In this document: in pieces, positions 19,101 through 25,476 of the stretch
Numbering within the stretch: the stretch's first letter is position 1
Layout: the number at the start of each line of letters is the position of its first letter
Virus record (IMG/VR): IMGVR_UViG_3300021197_001137
Span: 1 to 61,953 of that record
Direction: 5' to 3' (one strand)
Length of the DNA stretch: 61,953 nucleotides
DNA from: a virus
Taxonomy: Duplodnaviria; Caudoviricetes
Notes under the pieces: generated by a model
Told to the model about the DNA's origin: nothing
What the model saw: only the letters and a program-made list of their open reading frames with translations
Databases searched by the model: none
Made by a program: the position numbers and the translations under genes

Positions 19101-19407
19101 ATATAGCTTCTTCTAAATCGTCGGTGTAATTAAACTCTAAACTACCCAATTCTAGCTGGTTGTTATAGTTAATCTCAAAGTCATACTCGTAGTTATCTGT
19201 ATTGCTAAAGTCATAATTACTTACGGCTTCATAAACCTGTTGACGCATGGCGTCACGAGTTTCTTTAGTTATTACTGGTTTACTTACATCTTCAAGATCT
19301 TGTGTTGCTTGATTAAGTTGTTTTTGAAGTTCGTCTTGATCGGTTTTAAATTGAGCTAACGCTGCGGTTAACTCTTTTACTTTTAATTCTAATTGTTCTT
19401 TAGTCAT
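19051..19407 (-). CDS. Hypothetical coiled-coil/acidic protein
   Basis: ORF track. Confidence 0.7.
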   Translation of the reverse strand: MTKEQLELKVKELTAALAQFKTDQDELQKQLNQATQDLEDVSKPVITKETRDAMRQQVYEAVSNYDFSNTDNYEYDFEINYNNQLELGSLEFNYTDDLEEAICDYVESVFKVQDNDEE

Positions 19408-19410
19408 GAT

Positions 19411-19629
19411 TTATAATTTATTATTTAATTCTATTATTTTAGCGATATATTTCCATACTTCACGATCACGTAAAGTACCAGTATACAATAAAGCCATTTG
19501 TTCGTGATCTAAACCACCATATAATTTATTTTGAATATCGCTTTTTAATCGGTCAATATCAAAATTTAACATGGCTATTTTAGCGAAGGCTTTATTGCTT
19601 GCTCGTTCTTGTAATTCGGTATTACTCAT
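19411..19629 (-). CDS. Hypothetical early protein
   Basis: ORF track. Confidence 0.7.
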   Translation of the reverse strand: MSNTELQERASNKAFAKIAMLNFDIDRLKSDIQNKLYGGLDHEQMALLYTGTLRDREVWKYIAKIIELNNKL

Positions 19630-19876
19630 AATCTTTTGAGATTAAGATGTTGTCACCGTACTTAAAATCCCACGCTGAAACTTTGATAAGCTCAAGGTTG
19701 GAAAACGTGTATAGCGAGCTAATGTCACTAATTTTTAAGTTTTGATAAAACGTAGTGCTTGAGAAAGCTTCAACTATGCTTTCCACACTTGTTTGATACT
19801 TTGCATTTTCAGGTGAATGTAATGCTTCTTTGATTTCAGGTCTTAGCCTTTCGTAAACTGTAAGTCTTCTACTCAT
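19622..19876 (-). CDS. Hypothetical early protein
   Basis: ORF track; directly downstream of promoter repeat 3. Confidence 0.7.
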   Translation of the reverse strand: MSRRLTVYERLRPEIKEALHSPENAKYQTSVESIVEAFSSTTFYQNLKISDISSLYTFSNLELIKVSAWDFKYGDNILISKDYE

Positions 19877-19896
19877 ATTTATTTAATTTAATTTAT

Positions 19897-19932
19897 TATA
19901 TTATCGTTACTCTGTCGTATTTTGTTTGCAAA
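19897..19932 (-). promoter_or_regulatory. Early promoter repeat 3
   Basis: Consensus match. Confidence 0.75.
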
Positions 19933-19933
19933 A

Positions 19934-20137
19934 TTAATCTTGGTATCTTTTAAGTGTCATACTATTTACCTTATTAATGATTTCATTACCCACTGAAGTG
20001 AAATAACCAGGTGCATATATAGATCTTTTACCATCAGCCTCAGCGGCTAATACATCTTTTTCTGCTTCTTCGATAGCGTGTCTTAACGCTGTTTGTATGA
20101 AATACTTTTCAAATCCGTTAAATTTAGTTTTACTCAT
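19934..20137 (-). CDS. Hypothetical early protein
   Basis: ORF track; A-rich leader. Confidence 0.7.
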   Translation of the reverse strand: MSKTKFNGFEKYFIQTALRHAIEEAEKDVLAAEADGKRSIYAPGYFTSVGNEIINKVNSMTLKRYQD

Positions 20138-20157
20138 TTTATTTAATTTTAAATTAG

Positions 20158-20306
20158 TGGACGTGGCAGGAATCGAACCTGCGTTTTCAAAGGGTAATAA
20201 CTATTGAGTGTTTTTAGATTCCTGAGTTCATAACGATCCCTCGCCAGTTCACTTGCATTATCACTCGCATTACTACTCGATACTTTGAGCTAACCATTTC
20301 ACGCCC
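20158..20306 (-). ncRNA. tRNA-like / mini-tmRNA-like RNA (~149 nt) with Ala-type acceptor stem
   Basis: 5' GGGCGUG pairs with CACGUCC-A (G3·U70, discriminator A); T-arm GCAGG-UUCGAUU-CCUGC; no D-stem; long helix UCAAAG/CUUUGA, GUAAU/AUUAC, GAGUG/CACUC replaces the anticodon arm. Confidence 0.7.
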
Positions 20307-20310
20307 AAAT

Positions 20311-20530
20311 ACCCAGACATTTCCTAAGCGCGGTGCACCACTGTCGTTAAACCGGTGCGCGTCTTTGTTATTTATTCGCTGGGTTTGCTAGCTATTCACT
20401 TATGTAATTTAGGTACCATTTATCGTGGTATCTTTACGGTATATACCCACCTAAATCCTAATTAAGTTACTCGTCTAGCTATTTACGTCGCCAAGCTCTG
20501 TGAACACTAACAGATACTTTTTGGCTGACG
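20311..20530 (-). ncRNA. Three consecutive structured RNA domains upstream of the tRNA-like RNA
   Basis: Closed stems at 20486-20530, 20389-20481 and 20311-20384, separated by ~4-nt linkers; no ORF in the track. Confidence 0.55.
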
Positions 20531-20554
20531 ATAGTTATTTATTTTTTGTTCATA

Positions 20555-20590
20555 TATATTATCGTATAGGTGACGTTTTACGTTTGCAAA
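20555..20590 (-). promoter_or_regulatory. Early promoter repeat 4 (drives the non-coding RNA array)
   Basis: Consensus match, followed by ~400 nt without a long ORF. Confidence 0.75.
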
Positions 20591-20591
20591 T

Positions 20592-20786
20592 TTACATCTT
20601 CCTAGTTTGATGGTACATAATTTCGATCGCTCGTTGCATTGTCTCAGCGTGTATAGCAACGTAATCATCGCCATCTGCCTCATATTCAGATAGTTGCCAA
20701 TCTACGCTATCATACATTAGTTCTAGTGTAACGTCAGCAACACCTTGCGCTACTTCGTTAAGGTTTATTTTTTCAGTCATATTCAT
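20592..20786 (-). CDS. Hypothetical acidic early protein
   Basis: ORF track 20592..20825; ATG start MNMTEK preferred. Confidence 0.65.
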   Translation of the reverse strand: MNMTEKINLNEVAQGVADVTLELMYDSVDWQLSEYEADGDDYVAIHAETMQRAIEIMYHQTRKM

Positions 20787-20940
20787 AAATTTCTGGGTCG
20801 GTATGTGCCATCCACTCGATACCACTTAACCTAAAACCCCGGTCAATAATTACTTCTTCATATCCTTCGGTACTCATACCCTCTAATACTTCTATACGAG
20901 ATACGAGACCATTTTCAAAATCTAATATTGTTATATACAT
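20773..20940 (-). CDS. Hypothetical acidic protein (55 aa)
   Basis: Hand translation MYITILDFENGLVSRIEVLEG...IEWMAHTDPEIYEYD. Confidence 0.6.
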   Translation of the reverse strand: MYITILDFENGLVSRIEVLEGMSTEGYEEVIIDRGFRLSGIEWMAHTDPEIYEYD

Positions 20941-20945
20941 GGTGT

Positions 20946-21140
20946 TTAGAATAATGAGGAGTATACTTCCTCGTTAACAAAATCATAGTGCTCATCATTG
21001 ATGAAGTCTATTTCTTTTTCACTTAGCTCTCTACCGTCATAGTTTGCGGCTACTAAAAATGCATCTACAAAATCTGGGTAGTCTGCGAAATCGATCCCGT
21101 CGAATTCCATATTTTCTACTTTTCTTAAATCTAATTTCAT
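20946..21140 (-). CDS. Very acidic small protein
   Basis: ORF track; DGIDFADYPDFVDAF motif. Confidence 0.7.
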   Translation of the reverse strand: MKLDLRKVENMEFDGIDFADYPDFVDAFLVAANYDGRELSEKEIDFINDEHYDFVNEEVYSSLF

Positions 21141-21141
21141 A

Positions 21142-21417
21142 CTATTTACAGTTTTCTTCGTTAAAATCTAGTAATCTTCTTACTCGATCGGCATGGTTAG
21201 GTATTAACTTTCTTTCATAGTTAAACCCCCACTTGCTTTTTGGGTCATACCAGTTTTTAGTTTGTCTATTTATTTGGTACATTAACCGTTTTTTGTGGTA
21301 ATAGTTATCTGATTTAGTAGATACTCTTACATAACCACTAGGGTAAGTTGCACCAATTCTTCCATCACTCAATTTAAAATGTAGAGCTCCATCTTTAGTT
21401 ACTTTAATTAATTCCAT
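21142..21417 (-). CDS. Hypothetical early protein
   Basis: ORF track. Confidence 0.7.
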   Translation of the reverse strand: MELIKVTKDGALHFKLSDGRIGATYPSGYVRVSTKSDNYYHKKRLMYQINRQTKNWYDPKSKWGFNYERKLIPNHADRVRRLLDFNEENCK

Positions 21418-21638
21418 CTTTTCGTATTATCTTTTAAATAGTTAATATTAGGGTTTGCATCTATACTTTTAGCGACACTTTGCCTTAATTCCCACTCACG
21501 TTTGCGATAAACGGGATCGGTACACCACTTTTTCCAGGCTTTACTTACTTGTTTTTCACCGTATTTTGCTTCAAACTCTTTAACTTGTTTGAGTTTAGCG
21601 GCGATCTGGTCGGCTGGGTAATCTTTATACTGGGACAT
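21408..21638 (-). CDS. Hypothetical early protein
   Basis: ORF track 21408..21779; ATG MSQYKDY chosen to avoid a long overlap. Confidence 0.6.
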   Translation of the reverse strand: MSQYKDYPADQIAAKLKQVKEFEAKYGEKQVSKAWKKWCTDPVYRKREWELRQSVAKSIDANPNINYLKDNTKRWN

Positions 21639-21819
21639 AGGTGAATCCTTTATAGTTAAACCAGTTTGTAATACCGTCTTGGTCTTTGTCTTCATTATAT
21701 ATAAAGGCAAATGTGTTTGGTAAATTACCGATAGTGTACGGTTTGTATTGTGTACCGTTGAGGTGAATGTGTATAGCACCTGTAGTACTATCTTTCTTAA
21801 ATTTAATTGTGTTCGTCAT
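21625..21819 (-). CDS. Hypothetical early protein
   Basis: ORF track 21625..21846; ATG MTNTIKF preferred. Confidence 0.65.
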   Translation of the reverse strand: MTNTIKFKKDSTTGAIHIHLNGTQYKPYTIGNLPNTFAFIYNEDKDQDGITNWFNYKGFTYVPV

Positions 21820-21836
21820 AATAATAGTTTTAATAA

Positions 21837-21926
21837 TTAATACCAAGTTGTTTCAGAAGGAGCCTTACCTACTTCTATTTTTATACTTTTTATTTTAAGT
21901 ATTACAGTGTGAATAAATTTTCTCAT
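21837..21926 (-). CDS. Micro-ORF (29 aa) directly after promoter repeat 5
   Basis: Hand translation MRKFIHTVILKIKSIKIEVGKAPSETTWY. Confidence 0.45.
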   Translation of the reverse strand: MRKFIHTVILKIKSIKIEVGKAPSETTWY

Positions 21927-21934
21927 ATTTTTAT

Positions 21935-21970
21935 TATATTATCGTTAGGTGTTCGTTTTTAGTTTGCAAA
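21935..21970 (-). promoter_or_regulatory. Early promoter repeat 5
   Basis: Consensus match. Confidence 0.75.
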
Positions 21971-22258
21971 TTTGAATTCTTTAATATATACTTTTTTACC
22001 TGTTACTTCTTGTACACCACCATTTACTGCTTTTACAACAGATCGAATTAGGTGCATTGGGCTATTATAGTCATATATACAATCTGGTAAGTTAGGTCCA
22101 CGCCATCCACATTGCATGTTACTTATAGCGAAGCTTGTACCTTGGCTATTGGTGAAACTATAACCCACCATTCCGCTTTCGTTTTCGTACACAAATAGTG
22201 TTTTAGGGTTCGATCCACTGCGTTGTGCAGTATTTACTTTAGCAATTAGTTTTCTCAT
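21959..22258 (-). CDS. Hypothetical early protein
   Basis: ORF track; ends FAN* inside promoter repeat 5. Confidence 0.7.
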   Translation of the reverse strand: MRKLIAKVNTAQRSGSNPKTLFVYENESGMVGYSFTNSQGTSFAISNMQCGWRGPNLPDCIYDYNSPMHLIRSVVKAVNGGVQEVTGKKVYIKEFKFAN

Positions 22259-22260
22259 AA

Positions 22261-22515
22261 TTATATAGTTTTAAAAGTTTTTTCATGATAAAAGGTGTGA
22301 ATACGGTTTGAGAATTTTTGGTCACTCCAGAGCTTGGTGTGGGAATAAGTTCTGCCTTTACTACCAGCACCTTTACTTTTAACTCTCAGACGAAAGTATT
22401 CTTTCTCCGTCAACCCGCTACAGAAATCACCTTTAGTTACTTCTAATCGGTGCTTGCGGTTCTTCTCTATTCTTGAGTTTTTAACGTACTCACACGCTTC
22501 TTTCATTGTCATCAT
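22261..22515 (-). CDS. Hypothetical basic early protein
   Basis: ORF track. Confidence 0.7.
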   Translation of the reverse strand: MMTMKEACEYVKNSRIEKNRKHRLEVTKGDFCSGLTEKEYFRLRVKSKGAGSKGRTYSHTKLWSDQKFSNRIHTFYHEKTFKTI

Positions 22516-22518
22516 AAT

Positions 22519-22602
22519 CTACTTATTATTGTTTATTAGCCACATTAACTGTGCATACTCTTCATACTCTAATTCACTATTAAATCCGTAATATTCTTTC
22601 AT
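22519..22602 (-). CDS. Micro-ORF (27 aa)
   Basis: Hand translation MKEYYGFNSELEYEEYAQLMWLINNNK; fills the gap between neighbours. Confidence 0.45.
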   Translation of the reverse strand: MKEYYGFNSELEYEEYAQLMWLINNNK

Positions 22603-22604
22603 AA

Positions 22605-22808
22605 TTACTTTGTTGTAAAGGTTGATGGAAATTGGGATACCATAAATTTCGCTAAGCCTAATCCGTCGTTTGCCTGCTCCGCTATGTATTTAGCGATATT
22701 ATCTTGCATTTCAAATAAGTCATCTTGGCAATATTGGTCACACAAGAAGAATCGGTCGTTACCCATTAACTCACAAAGTTTAGTGATAAATAATACATTT
22801 TTAGTCAT
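22605..22808 (-). CDS. Hypothetical early protein
   Basis: ORF track; follows promoter repeat 6. Confidence 0.7.
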   Translation of the reverse strand: MTKNVLFITKLCELMGNDRFFLCDQYCQDDLFEMQDNIAKYIAEQANDGLGLAKFMVSQFPSTFTTK

Positions 22809-22832
22809 AATAGTTGTTATTTTAAATTCATA

Positions 22833-22868
22833 TATATTATCGATTCGGTGACGTAATTTGTTTGCAAA
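22833..22868 (-). promoter_or_regulatory. Early promoter repeat 6
   Basis: Consensus match. Confidence 0.75.
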
Positions 22869-22948
22869 AAAGTATACACTTTGTTTAGTAGTAAAAATAG
22901 TAGTACAGGTATTACTCTCTATCTCTAAGTACCTAAAAAAAAATATAC

Positions 22949-22996
22949 TGTGACAATAGGTTGTTAAGTATAATATAGTAACTAGCTAATGTCGCA
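22949..22996. promoter_or_regulatory. 48-bp imperfect palindrome, copy B
   Basis: TGTGACAATAGGTTGTTA-AT core-TAACTAGCTAATGTCGCA. Confidence 0.65.
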
Positions 22997-23027
22997 CTTT
23001 TCTTCGTGCCCTTCGTCTACCGAAAGT

Positions 23028-23222
23028 TCTTTTTGATCGTATTTCACCGTGTATAGCATTTCGAAACACTCACGTAGGACGGAGTCTACTCTTCCGGTGT
23101 ATAGCAAATATACCCAGGCCAAAAAGATCTGTTTATTTATTTACCCATCAAGGTAGTGTCGGGCACTCACTTTCGTGAGGTAGAGTTTTATGGTCATTCA
23201 CCAACCCGAACACCCCTGAGGG
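23028..23222 (-). ncRNA. Second cluster of structured RNA domains (two three-way junctions)
   Basis: Stems GGUGUUCGGG/CCCGACACU, CUCAC-GAAA-GUGAG, UGGU/ACCA; UCUUUUUG/CAAAAAGA, CACCG/CGGUG; no ORF in the track. Confidence 0.5.
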
Positions 23223-23231
23223 AAAGTAAAC

Positions 23232-23540
23232 CTATTTTTCAAGGTCTACTCTATCAATTACTACTTGTCTCACATTACTTGGCATATCAGTACTTTGAGA
23301 CCAATACCCTCTTTTAATCCAACAAGGCATGATGTTTAGTTTAGGTAACATTACTTTTAATACCTCATCATGATTATAGGTAATCTTTTGATTTTTGTTG
23401 TTGGTAAAGGTAATGATTTGATTTCTACCGTACCAACTTTTTCTTACCACAAAGTTTTTTCGAGTGATTGGTGGAAAGATTGCTGATAATTCTTTCTTTG
23501 ATAGTTTTGAAATTGATTTGTTTAATAATTCAGTGTTCAT
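23232..23540 (-). CDS. Hypothetical early protein
   Basis: ORF track; follows tandem promoter repeats 7 and 8. Confidence 0.75.
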   Translation of the reverse strand: MNTELLNKSISKLSKKELSAIFPPITRKNFVVRKSWYGRNQIITFTNNKNQKITYNHDEVLKVMLPKLNIMPCWIKRGYWSQSTDMPSNVRQVVIDRVDLEK

Positions 23541-23581
23541 AATTTATTGTATTTAAAGATTAATATTTATTTATTTTCATT

Positions 23582-23617
23582 TATATTATCGAATACTATT
23601 CGTACTTTGTTTGCAAA
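23582..23617 (-). promoter_or_regulatory. Early promoter repeat 7
   Basis: Consensus match. Confidence 0.75.
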
Positions 23618-23669
23618 TTTGGTTTTATTATTTTAATTTTAGTATTCATAGTTTTATTTGTTATTCATA

Positions 23670-23705
23670 TATATTATCGAAAACTATACGTACTACGTTT
23701 GCAAA
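23670..23705 (-). promoter_or_regulatory. Early promoter repeat 8
   Basis: Consensus match, 88 nt from repeat 7. Confidence 0.75.
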
Positions 23706-23706
23706 G

Positions 23707-23739
23707 TGCTATACGCAGTATGCTATACATGCTATACGC
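23707..23739 (+). repeat. Three clustered TGCTATAC copies
   Basis: TGCTATACGC (23707), TGCTATACAT (23721), TGCTATACGC (23730); reverse complement of the dispersed GTGTATAGCA core. Confidence 0.7.
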
Positions 23740-23810
23740 GTTGCGTACCGCGGAGTATACTCTTCCGCTCCTATTTCAAAAGCAGGCCGTAAGCCAGGAT
23801 CCCGAACCTG

Positions 23811-23981
23811 TTACTGATCCAGGATCTCGACGCCGATCACTTTGCTCGTGATCTCATTGCTGTAGCACACACGCAGATAGTTATCCAGATGCTGCTCGTT
23901 GCTGAACCGAACCACGCGACTGTTGTAGTTGCCGCGCCAGTTCTTCGTGTCGATACGAACCAGCATTCTAGTAGAAGTCAT
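23811..23981 (-). CDS. Hypothetical protein (56 aa) with GC-rich codons
   Basis: Hand translation MTSTRMLVRIDTKNWRGNYNSRVVRFSNEQHLDNYLRVCYSNEITSKVIGVEILDQ. Confidence 0.6.
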   Translation of the reverse strand: MTSTRMLVRIDTKNWRGNYNSRVVRFSNEQHLDNYLRVCYSNEITSKVIGVEILDQ

Positions 23982-24087
23982 AGTATATATCCAGCACTTC
24001 AGATCGTTGCTCAGATGTTAATTTCGAATAGCACTTCTTGTAGATTCGCATGCTAATTTTGTAAAGGGTGTAAGAATAGTTTGACAT
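23968..24087 (-). CDS. Hypothetical protein (39 aa)
   Basis: Hand translation MSNYSYTLYKISMRIYKKCYSKLTSEQRSEVLDIYYDFY; follows promoter repeat 9. Confidence 0.55.
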   Translation of the reverse strand: MSNYSYTLYKISMRIYKKCYSKLTSEQRSEVLDIYYDFY

Positions 24088-24114
24088 AATTATTATTTTT
24101 ATTTGTTATACATT

Positions 24115-24150
24115 TATATTATCGTTGTTTACTCGTGTTGCGTTTGCAAA
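24115..24150 (-). promoter_or_regulatory. Early promoter repeat 9
   Basis: Consensus match. Confidence 0.75.
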
Positions 24151-24153
24151 GCT

Positions 24154-24312
24154 CTAGCCGTAGATGCCAAAGCTGGATGGAGCGCCGTGCTCGATCATGT
24201 GCGCTACGATCGCGATCAGGCTCAGGCCGATGAATGCTGTCGTGCCGTATACCACGATGCCAGCTGCGATGTTAATGATCTTGTTGTGGTGGAATGTTCT
24301 ATTAGTTTTCAT
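24154..24312 (-). CDS. Single-pass membrane protein (52 aa), first gene of the early arm
   Basis: MKTNRTFHHNKIINIAAGIVVYGTTAFIGLSLIAIVAHM...; ATG downstream of promoter repeat 10. Confidence 0.6.
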   Translation of the reverse strand: MKTNRTFHHNKIINIAAGIVVYGTTAFIGLSLIAIVAHMIEHGAPSSFGIYG

Positions 24313-24334
24313 AAGTATTATTTTTTTATTCATA

Positions 24335-24370
24335 TATATTATCGAGTGGATAGCGTAGTACGTTTGCAAA
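24335..24370 (-). promoter_or_regulatory. Early promoter repeat 10
   Basis: Consensus match. Confidence 0.75.
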
Positions 24371-24374
24371 AGTC

Positions 24375-24570
24375 TAGATCAGATCCAGATCAGGTCCAGC
24401 ATCCAGGACCGTGGACCGCAGCCGAGGACCAGGACCCTGCCCAGGAAAAGCCTCGAATCCTGCACGGGATCCCGCAGCTAGTTGCTCCGGACAGTCACGA
24501 CCCGGACCAGGCTAAGACCAGGAACCAGGGCCAAACCCCAGGAAAAAGCACGGGGGCTGGGAAAAAAAGT
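24375..24570 (+). repeat. GC-rich degenerate CCAGGA/CAGATC/GGACC repeat tract (candidate genome-terminus/packaging region)
   Basis: Seven CCAGG copies between 24403 and 24542, T-poor + strand, located at the divergence point. Confidence 0.65.
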
Positions 24571-24665
24571 TGAGTTCCCGTTTTCCGAAAAAAAAATGTA
24601 TAGCATAGCGTAACACAACAATTCTAGGTATCTAACAAAAAATTTTTTAATATTTTTTTTAATAG

Positions 24666-24712
24666 TATGACATTAGGTAGTTATGTATAAATAGTAGTTA
24701 TCTACTGTCACA
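24666..24712. promoter_or_regulatory. 47-bp imperfect palindrome, copy C
   Basis: TATGACATTAGGTAGTTA-AT core-TATCTACTGTCACA, just before the late arm. Confidence 0.65.
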
Positions 24713-24730
24713 TTTAATTAATTAAAAAAC

Positions 24731-24737
24731 ACGTAAT
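24731..24737 (+). promoter_or_regulatory. Candidate late promoter element ACGTAAT
   Basis: Precedes the first + arm gene; recurs at other operon starts. Confidence 0.45.
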
Positions 24738-24747
24738 CATACAAAGT

Positions 24748-25014
24748 ATGAGCTATATACCATCTCCACTTAGACAACAACTCAGCCCAACAGCTAGAAG
24801 AAACAAGGCTGCAAGAGATAAAGCATACGCGATGTCTCCAGCTAGAAAAGCTAAAAAAGCTCACGCTCAAAGAGAGCGCAGAAAAAATCCTGAGGAAGCG
24901 AAAGGACAAGATTTTGACCACAAAAGACAAGCGTTTGTTTCCGTTAGATCTAACAGGGGTAATGAAGGGCAAGGAACCAGAAGCGAAAGCGGCGCAAACT
25001 ATAACACTGATTAA
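24748..25014 (+). CDS. Basic protein with degenerate HNH-like motif
   Basis: GQDFDHK..SVRSNRG. Confidence 0.6.
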   Translation: MSYIPSPLRQQLSPTARRNKAARDKAYAMSPARKAKKAHAQRERRKNPEEAKGQDFDHKRQAFVSVRSNRGNEGQGTRSESGANYNTD

Positions 25015-25025
25015 ACATATTTAAC

Positions 25026-25472
25026 ATGGCAAGAATATCCACATATTCACAAGACGCGTCAATATCAGCAGATGATTTGTTGGTAGGTTCAGATGCAGAA
25101 GATTCAAACATTACTAAAAACTATAGGATAGGTGACCTAAAGTCATCTGTTTGCGGTTACAAGGAGTATGTAATTGCATTCTCTCAATCTGGTACTAATA
25201 ACCCAGTTATTACAGAATTTCAAAACAACACCGGTCTTACTATTACATGGGTAAGGGCGGCTCCAGGTGTGTATGATGGTACACCAGACACTAATTTTGA
25301 TATTACAAAAACATGGGTTCAAGTAACTGGTGGTACTAGCGAAAATACAACGCTACATCTTAAAGAGATTAATGCTTCTAAAATAAGACTAATAAATATG
25401 GCTTTAGATGGTAACCCCACACCACAAGATGGTTTAGATAATGGCTTTCTAGAACTTAGAATATACAACTAA
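25026..25472 (+). CDS. Putative tail/fibre structural protein
   Basis: N-terminal MARISTY..DDLLVGSD..TKNY shared with the next gene. Confidence 0.6.
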   Translation: MARISTYSQDASISADDLLVGSDAEDSNITKNYRIGDLKSSVCGYKEYVIAFSQSGTNNPVITEFQNNTGLTITWVRAAPGVYDGTPDTNFDITKTWVQVTGGTSENTTLHLKEINASKIRLINMALDGNPTPQDGLDNGFLELRIYN

Positions 25473-25476
25473 TTAG

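Noticed and set aside
20158-20306. Ordinary tRNA-Ala gene or prophage att site
   Set aside because: No D-stem or 7-nt anticodon loop and about twice tRNA length; both acceptor strands are intact and no integrase is present.
23028-23222. Hammerhead ribozyme
   Set aside because: Three-way junctions are present but the CUGAnGA/GAAA catalytic core is not.
16221-24370. Repeats as a CRISPR array or attC-like cassette sites
   Set aside because: Spacing is irregular (88 bp to ~1.9 kb), the repeat middles are variable, and no cas or integrase gene is present; their position upstream of ATGs fits promoters.
24103-24573. 156-aa + strand ORF (also 24164-24358 and 23611-23817)
   Set aside because: They are antisense to promoter-linked genes and run through promoter repeats and the GC-rich repeat tract; likely open by chance.
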